Below are positions 16,972-24,854 of a DNA stretch of 36,220 nucleotides, one piece after another. The stretch is from the NCBI GenBank assembly GCA_044869705.1, contig JBIOXP010000377.1, positions 1 through 36,220 of the forward strand. The letters are read 5' to 3'. A program made the translations under genes and the position numbers. The notes beneath the pieces are model-generated. The model was not told the DNA's origin, made no database searches, and saw only the letters and a program-made list of their open reading frames with translations. Positions within the stretch are counted from its first letter, which is position 1. Each line of letters opens with the position of its first letter. The DNA comes from Candidatus Binatia bacterium. GTDB lineage: Bacteria; Desulfobacterota; Binatia; UBA9968.

Positions 16972-18198
16972 ATGGCAAAACGGATTGAGACGAAGAAAAA
17001 AAGTGTGCGCATCGCCGATATTCCTCAGGTTGGCGCACTTACGCCCGCGGGCGAGTGGTTTCGTCGCTATTGGGTCGCGGTCGGTACGACGCGCGATCTG
17101 TGCGACATACCCCAGGCGGTCAGGATCCTGGGAGAAGAGTTGGTATTGTTTCGCGAGTCGGCGGGTGGCTTTGGTTTATTGGGTGCCCATTGTCCGCATC
17201 GCGGCGCTTCGTTGGAATACGGCGACATCGAAGACGGCGGTATCCGCTGCCCGTATCACGGCTGGCTATTCGACGTGCGCGGCCGATGCTTGGAAATGCC
17301 AGCGGAACCGAAGCAGAGCCAGTTTCCCGGCAAGGTAAAACATCTATCTTATCCAGTTCGGGAACAGGGCGGTTTGCTCTTCGCTTATCTCGGCCCGCAA
17401 CCGGAAAGTCCTCCGCCGTTGCCAAAGTACAAGGCACTTGCCGACGCCGCCGGTCAGCGTTCGTTGGAAGCGACCCGCATCTACGATTATAACTGGTTCA
17501 ATTTCATCGAAAACGGTGCGGATCCGGTGCATTTTTCGACTTTGCATCGCGCCGATCCTGAAGACGGGACGTGGCGGAGTTGGTTTTTTAATTATCACGA
17601 GATTCCGTATTTCGATGCCGTCGAAACCGAATACGGCATGAAAGTCGTATCGCGCAAGCCGGGCCCGAGTCCTGACACTGAATACGTGGATGAAAAAAGT
17701 TTTGCCCTGCCGAGCATCCTGCAAATCGGCGATACGGAGTTCACGCACTTCAAGGCGCCGTGCGAGGCGTTGAGCGCCGGCTCGCACAACGAGCATTTCA
17801 TGTTCGTCACGCCCAACGATGATTACTCGTTCACGCTTTTTACCGTGAATCACTATACGGGTTCAGATCCTGAGTTCTTCGAAAAATTGGCGCCGAGCCG
17901 CAGAATAGAAGCCAAAGCGGAAAAAAAGCCGTACGATCAGCGTAAATATTCACCATTCAGAGGAAATGTGCGCACGGAAGATATCACCTGCCAATCCACA
18001 CAGCCGTTGCTGAGCCTGCGAAAGGAACAGCTTGGAACTTCGGACAAGGGCGTAATCCTGATCAGGAAAATTATTCTCAATGCCATTGAAGCCGTGCAAG
18101 ACAAACGAACTCCCAAAGGACTGGTGTCGCCGGAGCGCGCGGACCAGCTTGTGAAGATCGACTCCTTTACCGGGGTGTGCGCGAAAGGATTGTCGTGA
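16972..18198 (+). CDS. Rieske [2Fe-2S] non-haem-iron oxygenase alpha subunit (phthalate/VanA-type family), paralogue 1
   Basis: 408 aa. Rieske motif CPHRGASLEYGDIEDGGIRCPYHGW. Mononuclear-iron motif NWFNFIENGADPVHFSTLH. Confidence 0.9.
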   Translation: MAKRIETKKKSVRIADIPQVGALTPAGEWFRRYWVAVGTTRDLCDIPQAVRILGEELVLFRESAGGFGLLGAHCPHRGASLEYGDIEDGGIRCPYHGWLFDVRGRCLEMPAEPKQSQFPGKVKHLSYPVREQGGLLFAYLGPQPESPPPLPKYKALADAAGQRSLEATRIYDYNWFNFIENGADPVHFSTLHRADPEDGTWRSWFFNYHEIPYFDAVETEYGMKVVSRKPGPSPDTEYVDEKSFALPSILQIGDTEFTHFKAPCEALSAGSHNEHFMFVTPNDDYSFTLFTVNHYTGSDPEFFEKLAPSRRIEAKAEKKPYDQRKYSPFRGNVRTEDITCQSTQPLLSLRKEQLGTSDKGVILIRKIILNAIEAVQDKRTPKGLVSPERADQLVKIDSFTGVCAKGLS

Positions 18199-18199
18199 G

Positions 18200-19183
18200 A
18201 TGCGGCGTTATCGAAGGTTCAACATGCTAGCGCCGCTGCTCATCGCGATATTTCTGCCCGGCGTCGTTGCCGCTATACCGCTGCGAATCGCTTACAGCGC
18301 GATCAGCGGCGCTATGGCAAGCCTCTGGGTCGCGCAAGAGGGAGGATATTTCAAGCGCGAAGGATTGGATACCGAGTTGCTTTACATCGGCGGCGGCTCG
18401 CTACTGATTCAGTCGATGCTCAGCGGCGATGTGCCGTTTGCCTACGGACCTTCGGTGCCGGTCATCAACGCAACCCTTCGCGGCGCGGATCTGGCTCTGA
18501 TCGGAAATACCGGCAATTCGCTGGTTTTCTCCATCATGTCACGACCTGAGATCAAACAACCGGCGCAGCTCAAGGGCAAGAGAATCGGCGTCACCCGTCT
18601 CGGCGGGTCGACGGATTGGGCTTTGGATGCCGCGCTCAAACAATGGGGCATCGAGCGGCGCGAGTTAGTCGTGATTCAGACCGGCGGTATGCCGGAAGGC
18701 TTGCTTGCTCTCAGTTCCGGCGGCCTCGATGCTGTTGTTCTATCGCCACCGACTAACTTCCGCGCGATGAAAACCGGCATGCACGAGCTCGTCGATGTGG
18801 GTCAGTTGGGAATCGTTTTTCCCAATACCCCTTTGTCAACGACCCGAAGTTTCATCAAAACGCAGCGTGATACGGCGCTGCGGTTTCTGCGCGGCTTCAC
18901 TCAAGGATTGAATCGCCTGCGAACCGATAAAGCCTTCAGCATGAAGGTGCTCTCGAAATATACCAAGGTTGTCGATCCGGAGACTCTGGCGGAGCTGCAG
19001 CAAACCTACGGTATGCGTTACAGCGGCGATCCGATTCCATACGTCCGCGCGCAAGGCGTCGACGAAATTCTCAAAAGGACTCCCGGCAAAGAGGCACAGG
19101 ATGCGAAGCCGGCTGAATTTATCGACAACAGCCTGCTCCAGGAACTGGAGCAGGCTGGCTGGTTTCGAACGTTCGGCCGCTGA
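18200..19183 (+). CDS. ABC transporter substrate-binding protein, NMT1/THI5-like
   Basis: 327 aa. It starts 1 nt after the Rieske stop, with a signal-like N-terminus (MLAPLLIAIFLPGVVAA). LRIAYSAISG...GYFKREGLDTELLYIGG is alignable by eye with 11549..12538. Confidence 0.8.
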   Translation: MRRYRRFNMLAPLLIAIFLPGVVAAIPLRIAYSAISGAMASLWVAQEGGYFKREGLDTELLYIGGGSLLIQSMLSGDVPFAYGPSVPVINATLRGADLALIGNTGNSLVFSIMSRPEIKQPAQLKGKRIGVTRLGGSTDWALDAALKQWGIERRELVVIQTGGMPEGLLALSSGGLDAVVLSPPTNFRAMKTGMHELVDVGQLGIVFPNTPLSTTRSFIKTQRDTALRFLRGFTQGLNRLRTDKAFSMKVLSKYTKVVDPETLAELQQTYGMRYSGDPIPYVRAQGVDEILKRTPGKEAQDAKPAEFIDNSLLQELEQAGWFRTFGR

Positions 19184-19186
19184 AAC

Positions 19187-20065
19187 ATGCGTGTTCTGGT
19201 CACAGGAGGATCGGGGCGGCTGGGGCAAGCGGTTGTACGGGAGCTTTTCACAAATGGGCATCAAATTTCGGTGCTCGATATTCTCAAGCCTCGGGAGTGT
19301 CTCTGTCCGACGTATACGATCGATTTGACCAAACCGCAGGGACTAGAAGCTCATTTCAAATCGGTCGATGCCGTGATTCACCTGGCTCGGCAGCGGTTTC
19401 CCTACACCGAAACCGGCTTCAACCCGGAAACTCAGCATTGGGAGTTTTCCGACCCTCTCGGCGATGCCGAGCGGTTCACTCTTAACATCGCAATCACCAC
19501 CAATGTTTTAACGGCTGCAGAAGCTGCGGCGGTTAACAAAATCGTCTGCGGCTCGAGCCTTGCGGTTTACGGTTTTTATTATCCGCGCACCGCGGTTCGG
19601 CCCGACTATCTGCCGATCGATGAAAATCATCCGCTACGGCCGCAGGACCCGTATGGCTTGACCAAGCTTGTCGGAGAGAAGCTCTGCGATGCCGCGGCGG
19701 CCAGGAGCGATATGCAAATTGCGAGCTTGCGCTTTTCCGGAATCTATACTGAGGCGCACCGTGAACTCATTTTAGAACGCAAAATTAGTCCTCTCATTCG
19801 CGGCACGGGAGCGTTGTGGACTTACGTCGATGCGCGCGATGCGGCGCGCGCCTGCCGGTTGGCGCTCGAGGCCAAATTCTCCGGTCATCAAACATTCAAT
19901 ATCTGCGCTCCGGAAACTTTCATGGAGGCGCCAACCTCCGAGTTGGTGAACAAATATTTGCCCGAAGTGAAAACGGCGCGGCCGATCCGAGGCCGGGAGA
20001 GCGGCTATAATGTGGCGAAAGCGAAACGAATGCTGGGATTCCAGGCGACACTGCAGCTGCCGTAA
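19187..20065 (+). CDS. NAD-dependent epimerase/dehydratase family (extended SDR) protein
   Basis: 292 aa. Rossmann motif MRVLVTGGSGRLG, catalytic YxxxK (PYGLTK). It starts 3 nt after the preceding stop. Confidence 0.85.
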   Translation: MRVLVTGGSGRLGQAVVRELFTNGHQISVLDILKPRECLCPTYTIDLTKPQGLEAHFKSVDAVIHLARQRFPYTETGFNPETQHWEFSDPLGDAERFTLNIAITTNVLTAAEAAAVNKIVCGSSLAVYGFYYPRTAVRPDYLPIDENHPLRPQDPYGLTKLVGEKLCDAAAARSDMQIASLRFSGIYTEAHRELILERKISPLIRGTGALWTYVDARDAARACRLALEAKFSGHQTFNICAPETFMEAPTSELVNKYLPEVKTARPIRGRESGYNVAKAKRMLGFQATLQLP

Positions 20066-20189
20066 TCAATTTAGAGAATCGTCACAGATCGTCAGACTTG
20101 CGGATAGCGAAGGCATGCACAGATCGGAAACCTTCAAGCCCGTCAAACCGGTTTGTAATTTTCCCGCGCCAATGAGGCCGTGCTGCAAC

Positions 20190-20270
20190 TGTCATTCTGA
20201 GCCGACGGCGAAGAATCTCGTCGTTGTAAGTAGCCGATACAACGAGGTGCTTCGTTTTACTCAGCATGAT
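20190..20270. repeat. imperfect palindromic hairpin element (MITE/REP-like), copy 1
   Basis: It starts TGTCATTCTGAGCCGACGGCGAAGAATCT. The central perfect stem is TCGTTGTA (20221-20228) / TACAACGA (20238-20245). The right end ACTCAGCATGAT is an imperfect inverted copy of the left end. Related motifs lie at 27228-27255 and, inverted, at 31554-31581. Confidence 0.6.
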
Positions 20271-20366
20271 ACCCGCGAGTTTTTGTGCTTTCCAGGACAC
20301 TCTCGAGCGGCGGGAGGAAATAGCTGGGCTGATGAGAAAATTTAGTGAAGGTTTTAGTCTGCCGTC

Positions 20367-21743
20367 ATGATGGATCTTCGTGAGTTTCTCGACGAACTGG
20401 AAAAAGCCGGCGAGCTGCATACGGTGGGGGTAGAGGTCGACCCCAAACATGAGCTCGGCGCGATATGCAAAATTTTCAACGAGCGGCCCAATAGCCCTGC
20501 CTTGCTCTTCGAAAATGTCAAGGGTTCGACGATTCCAGTGGTGGGCCAGCTGTTGGCAAGCGACCGGCGCGTCGCTTTAGCACTCGGATTGTCGCAGAGA
20601 AACGTGTTCGAAGAGACCGTCCGGCGCGCGAGCGCTCCGATCGCGCCGCGCCGAGTTCCCGCTGGCGCTTGCCAGGAAGTCGTTTTGGAAGGCGCCGAGG
20701 TTGATATTACCAAGCTGCCGCTATGCACGAATAACCCGCGCGACGGCGGCCCATATATAACGGCAGGCCATGTAATCATCAAAGATCCCGAGTACGGCAA
20801 CAATCTCGCGATCTATCGCATGATGCTGGTATCGAAGAATGAAGTCACAATCCGCTTCACACCGGGACATGATGGGCACGATTTTATCAGGAACGCCGAG
20901 AAGCGCGGGCAAAAGAACTTTGAAGTGGCGGTGTGCATCGGTGTGCCGCCTTCGATTTACGTCGCCTCCCAGTTCGAACCGCGTGCGGGGATTTACGAAC
21001 TGGAGATCGCCGGTGGGCTCAGCGGCGAGCCGGTGGATGTAGTTCGGTGCCGAACGATTGATCTGGAAGTGCCCGCGCTTGCCGAGATTATTCTGGAGGG
21101 CGAACTCGAAGTCCCGGCCAAAACCGGCGATGAAGGACCGTTCGGCGAATTTTGCGGCTATACAACGGCGCAGGTGCCGAACGAGCGAATCATGACCATC
21201 AAAGCGGTGACGCATCGACGCAACCCGGTGTATCACAATATATGGTTGGGCAAACCGCCGCACGAACACCTATTTGTCGATGCCCTGACCTATGCCGTAG
21301 CTGCCTATCAGGAGTTAAAACCCGCTTATCCAGCATTGAAAAAAGCCTACGCTCCACCTTGGGGAGTTTCGATCGTTTTAATTCTGCAGTTGGAAAAACG
21401 ATTGATGCGGCCGGGCATCGTCAATAATATTCTGGCGGCCTCTCTCTACACGAGAAGCGGCAAATGGAAGCACGTCATCGTGGTCGACGAAGACATCAAT
21501 ATTGAAAATCCTAACGAAGTTTTGTGGGCGCTGACCACACGATTTCAGCCGGCCACGGACATGTACGTGATTCCCCGCAGCATCACGAGCTCCCTCGAGC
21601 CCTCCGCGCGCGCCGATGGATTGACCTCCAAATTGATGCTCGATTTGACGATCAAAGAGAATTTCCGCGGTGAAGTGGCGGAGCCGACCGACGAAATGCG
21701 CCGAACGGTTTTGCAACGCTGGAAGGAATATGGTTTCAAATAG
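20367..21743 (+). CDS. UbiD-family (prFMN-dependent) aromatic acid decarboxylase
   Basis: 458 aa. The N-terminus MDLREFLDELEKAGELHTVGVEVDPKHELGAICKIFNERPNSPALLFENVKGS is a typical UbiD opening, and the length is right for the family. Confidence 0.85.
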   Translation: MMDLREFLDELEKAGELHTVGVEVDPKHELGAICKIFNERPNSPALLFENVKGSTIPVVGQLLASDRRVALALGLSQRNVFEETVRRASAPIAPRRVPAGACQEVVLEGAEVDITKLPLCTNNPRDGGPYITAGHVIIKDPEYGNNLAIYRMMLVSKNEVTIRFTPGHDGHDFIRNAEKRGQKNFEVAVCIGVPPSIYVASQFEPRAGIYELEIAGGLSGEPVDVVRCRTIDLEVPALAEIILEGELEVPAKTGDEGPFGEFCGYTTAQVPNERIMTIKAVTHRRNPVYHNIWLGKPPHEHLFVDALTYAVAAYQELKPAYPALKKAYAPPWGVSIVLILQLEKRLMRPGIVNNILAASLYTRSGKWKHVIVVDEDINIENPNEVLWALTTRFQPATDMYVIPRSITSSLEPSARADGLTSKLMLDLTIKENFRGEVAEPTDEMRRTVLQRWKEYGFK

Positions 21744-21751
21744 AAAAACTC

Positions 21752-21793
21752 GTTCAAAAAGTTCAAGCTGTTGAAACAGTTAAAGCCGTTTAG
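21752..21793. repeat. 9-bp-periodic GTTCAA array, locus 2
   Basis: Units at 21752 GTTCAAaaa, 21761 GTTCAAgct, 21770 GTTGAAaca, 21779 GTTAAAgcc, 21788 GTTTAGaat. It begins 9 nt after the UbiD stop and lies 66 nt before the next gene. Confidence 0.8.
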
Positions 21794-21858
21794 AATGGCC
21801 GCGGCGAATTCAGAATAAGCCCTCGCGGTGACTCTTCTAAAACGAAAAAAAAGCATCA

Positions 21859-23136
21859 ATGCCAAAATTGAGCGCTAGGAAAAAATCCCAGACTGCGACG
21901 CTCGCAGATATCGCGCATGTCGGGCCAGGAACGCCCTGCGGCGAATGGTTCCGCCGCTATTGGGTGGCGGTAGGCCTTGCGCGTGATCTCTACGATATCC
22001 CCCGCGCCGTCAGGGTGCTCGGCGAAGATCTCGTGTTGTTTCGCGACGAGTTTGGCAAAGTTGGATTGCTGGGGCTCCACTGTCCACATCGTGGCACTTC
22101 TTTGGAGTATGGCGATATCGAGAATGGAGGCCTCAGATGTCCGTATCACGGCTGGCTTTTCGACGTGACCGGACAATGTCTCGAGATGCCGGCGGAACCA
22201 AAGGACAGCAAGTTTCCGCAGAAGGTGAAGCACCTCTCTTATCCGGTGCAAGAACTTGGCGGGCTCATTTTCGCGTACCTGGGACCCGACAAGCTCAATC
22301 CGCCGCCACTGCCGAAGTATGCGCCACTGCTCGAGCGTGGCGGCCAACGCCAGATCGAGCCGGTGCGCTACGCGGACTACAACTGGTTTAACTTTTTTGA
22401 AAATTCCGCCGATCCCGCTCACGTCTGTATCCTGCACCGGCATGCCGGTTATGGACAGCAGTCCTGGGGCAATCAGTTTTTCAGCTACACGGACATGCCG
22501 CATTTCGAATTCGTCGAAATGGATTATGGCATGAAGGTGGTCATGACGAAGCCGGGGCCGAGACCCGAAACGGAATTCATCGACGAAATGAGCCTGGCCC
22601 TCCCAAGTATCGTACAAGTCGGGGATACAGAATTTGTCCATGCCAAAATGGACGCCGCGGCATTGATGAGCGAAGGCTCTCGCTGCGAGCACTGGATGTT
22701 CGTAACGCCCAACGACGACGAGCATTTCATGCTTTTCACCGCGGACAATTACCTAGGGCCGGTGGAAAATTTCTTCGACCGCCTCAAGGAACTGCGCGCC
22801 AAGGAAGCGCCGGTGCAAGAAGTGAAGCCCTACGACAAACGAAAATACATGCCGTACAAGGGAAATATCCGGCAGGAAGACATCATGACACAGGGGACGC
22901 AGGGACTGCTCGGCGAAAGATCGGAGCAACTGGGCTCATCGGATCGGGGTGTTATAAAGTTTCGCAAAATCGTTCTGGATGCGATCAACATGGCATTAAC
23001 CGGCGGCCGCCCGAGAGGCGTAGTCGCGCACAAAAATAGCGACGCGGTATTTCGTTTGGACACAGAAGTAGGGGTGAGACCGGTACGGGCCAAAAATATT
23101 TCGTCCGTAAGCAAATCTGAAAGGGGACCAGCATGA
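21859..23136 (+). CDS. Rieske non-haem-iron oxygenase alpha subunit, paralogue 2
   Basis: 425 aa. Rieske motif CPHRGTSLEYGDIENGGLRCPYHGW, iron motif NWFNFFENSADPAHVCILH. It is the closest relative in the window to 16972..18198. Confidence 0.9.
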   Translation: MPKLSARKKSQTATLADIAHVGPGTPCGEWFRRYWVAVGLARDLYDIPRAVRVLGEDLVLFRDEFGKVGLLGLHCPHRGTSLEYGDIENGGLRCPYHGWLFDVTGQCLEMPAEPKDSKFPQKVKHLSYPVQELGGLIFAYLGPDKLNPPPLPKYAPLLERGGQRQIEPVRYADYNWFNFFENSADPAHVCILHRHAGYGQQSWGNQFFSYTDMPHFEFVEMDYGMKVVMTKPGPRPETEFIDEMSLALPSIVQVGDTEFVHAKMDAAALMSEGSRCEHWMFVTPNDDEHFMLFTADNYLGPVENFFDRLKELRAKEAPVQEVKPYDKRKYMPYKGNIRQEDIMTQGTQGLLGERSEQLGSSDRGVIKFRKIVLDAINMALTGGRPRGVVAHKNSDAVFRLDTEVGVRPVRAKNISSVSKSERGPA

Positions 23137-24023
23137 TTCGAGGAGTATTGCTGCCGATCATTACACCATTCGATGAGAAAATTCGGATCGATGAACAGAT
23201 GATGCGCGCGCTCGTCGATTTTCATGTCAAAGCCGGCGTGCAGGGTTTATTCGTGCTCGGGTCGACAGGGCAAGGCCCAGCCATGACCATCGAAGAGCGC
23301 AAACAAACGGCGGCGATTGCGCTCGATCAAGCGAAATCACGCGTTCCAGTGATTATCCATGTCGGCACCGCGGACACGCAAAGTACCGTGGAATTGGCCG
23401 AGCACGCGGCCGCGCATAAAGCCGATGCCGTCGCGATCGTGCCGCCTTACTATTACTCCGATCATACCGAATTCGAGATCATCGCCCATTACAAGGCGGT
23501 TGCGAAGGCCGTACCGTTGCCAGTTTTTATCTATGAAAATCCGAAATATTCCGGCATCTCGATTCCGCCGGCGTTGGCGGTTCGGATGAAGGAGCAAGTG
23601 CCGATGCTCGAGGGAATCAAAGTCGCGTATGGCCAAGGCGCTCTGCTGGAGTATGCCCGTTTGTTGCCCGATGTTTCGGTTTTCACCGGCAATGCGGATC
23701 TGTTCGGATTGGTGCCGTTCGGTGTTGCCGGCATGATCAATCCGCCGACCAGCTTTGTGCCCGAACTCTGTGTCGATTTGTTCGGAGCATTGGATCGCCA
23801 GGACTATCCCCGCGCAGTGGCAGCGCAAAAGCGCGTCGACACGGCGGCTCGGCTGGTGGCCTCACGGCTTCGGAAGTACGGCCGAGTTCCGCTTCAGGAA
23901 GTTTTCCGCATGCGCGGTTTTGCCGTGAAGCGATTTCCAAAATGGGAAACGGAGCAGATGCCGAAGGATGAGATTGCAAAGCTGGAGCGCGAGCTTAGAA
24001 CCGAGGGAATTCTCGGCCAATAA
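23133..24023 (+). CDS. DHDPS/N-acetylneuraminate-lyase family class I (Schiff-base) aldolase
   Basis: 296 aa. GSTGQG stands in place of GTTGE. It has IYENP (the Tyr of the catalytic triad context) and LEGIKVAYG (Schiff-base Lys context). There is an ATGA start/stop overlap with the Rieske gene. Confidence 0.8.
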   Translation: MIRGVLLPIITPFDEKIRIDEQMMRALVDFHVKAGVQGLFVLGSTGQGPAMTIEERKQTAAIALDQAKSRVPVIIHVGTADTQSTVELAEHAAAHKADAVAIVPPYYYSDHTEFEIIAHYKAVAKAVPLPVFIYENPKYSGISIPPALAVRMKEQVPMLEGIKVAYGQGALLEYARLLPDVSVFTGNADLFGLVPFGVAGMINPPTSFVPELCVDLFGALDRQDYPRAVAAQKRVDTAARLVASRLRKYGRVPLQEVFRMRGFAVKRFPKWETEQMPKDEIAKLERELRTEGILGQ

Positions 24024-24096
24024 ATTCCGCTCTGCTTGATATCTTAAAGACGCGCCGATTCACCCGAGCAGTATCAGGTAATAAACGCAAGAAAAT

Positions 24097-24846
24097 ATGT
24101 CTGTCGCGGAGATTAGAGACGCGGGCGAATACGTGAGCGAGCATTACCGAAAGGTAGCGGCGCGCTGGCGCGAAAGGGTCACGGATTCTGCTTTCATGCA
24201 GCAACTCACAGCCGGTACACTGCCGCGCGAAGCGCTCCGGACATTCTTCAAAAACTGGGGCTCGTACACCATCGAGATCAACACCGTAGAAGCGGCTTCG
24301 TATCACAAACATATCGCTTTTTTTCGCAAGCACCGCGACTTGATGGCGCGCATGGCGGAAAAGCTTGCCGATGAGTTGATTCATCCCAAACCGCCGGGAC
24401 ACGTCCATGTCGTCGTCGAGACCGCCAAGGCGCTGGACATCAGCGAGGAAGAAATCTTTCTTGCGCCGATGCTCGCCGAGTTTCGCGCCAAGCTCGACTT
24501 CAAACGGTCATTGTTATGGGAAGGCACGATGGCGGAGTTTTATGCCGCCGGCGCCACCGAAGAACAGACAGGATACTGGTCCGCGGACATTTTTAAAGCG
24601 CTCACGACGCACTACGGATTGACCCGCGAGCAGGCGGTTTATTTTTCCACCCATGAAGAAGCGGACCTCAAAGAGCATGACGGAGTGATGGGACACGGAA
24701 GCTTCCGCCGCTTGGTGCTGCGCACGCTCATAGAAGACGGCATGGCGCAGGCTCGGCCCGGCTACACTCTCGAATACTGCGGCATGGCCGCTGTCGACTT
24801 GCATGGAGTTTGTCTGCAGGCCGCACTCGACTCGGCCCGGCGCTAG
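24097..24846 (+). CDS. PqqC/TenA-like haem-oxygenase-fold protein
   Basis: 249 aa, all-helical. FMQQLTAGTLPREALRTFFKNWGSY matches the PqqC/TenA opening pattern. A central ...HPKPPGHVHVVVETAKALDISEEEI... and C-terminal YFSTHEEADLKEH parallel PqqC-type conserved Glu/His positions. Assignment by eye. Confidence 0.55.
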   Translation: MSVAEIRDAGEYVSEHYRKVAARWRERVTDSAFMQQLTAGTLPREALRTFFKNWGSYTIEINTVEAASYHKHIAFFRKHRDLMARMAEKLADELIHPKPPGHVHVVVETAKALDISEEEIFLAPMLAEFRAKLDFKRSLLWEGTMAEFYAAGATEEQTGYWSADIFKALTTHYGLTREQAVYFSTHEEADLKEHDGVMGHGSFRRLVLRTLIEDGMAQARPGYTLEYCGMAAVDLHGVCLQAALDSARR

Positions 24847-24854
24847 CCTCTTCA

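Noticed and set aside
20078-20097. A tandem 10-bp direct repeat, ATCGTCACAG ATCGTCAGAC, just after the SDR stop.
   Set aside because: There are only two imperfect copies and nothing similar elsewhere in the window. It may simply be part of the neighbouring repeat-rich spacer.
20082-20450. 122-aa minus-strand ORF in the gap before the UbiD gene.
   Set aside because: It is largely the translated hairpin repeat element and overlaps the UbiD start. There is no RBS.
21856-22725. 289-aa ORF on the minus strand.
   Set aside because: It lies entirely antisense to Rieske paralogue 2, which carries complete Rieske and iron motifs on the plus strand. It has a His/Arg-rich low-complexity composition and no motifs. 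This is a typical antisense shadow ORF in GC-rich coding DNA.
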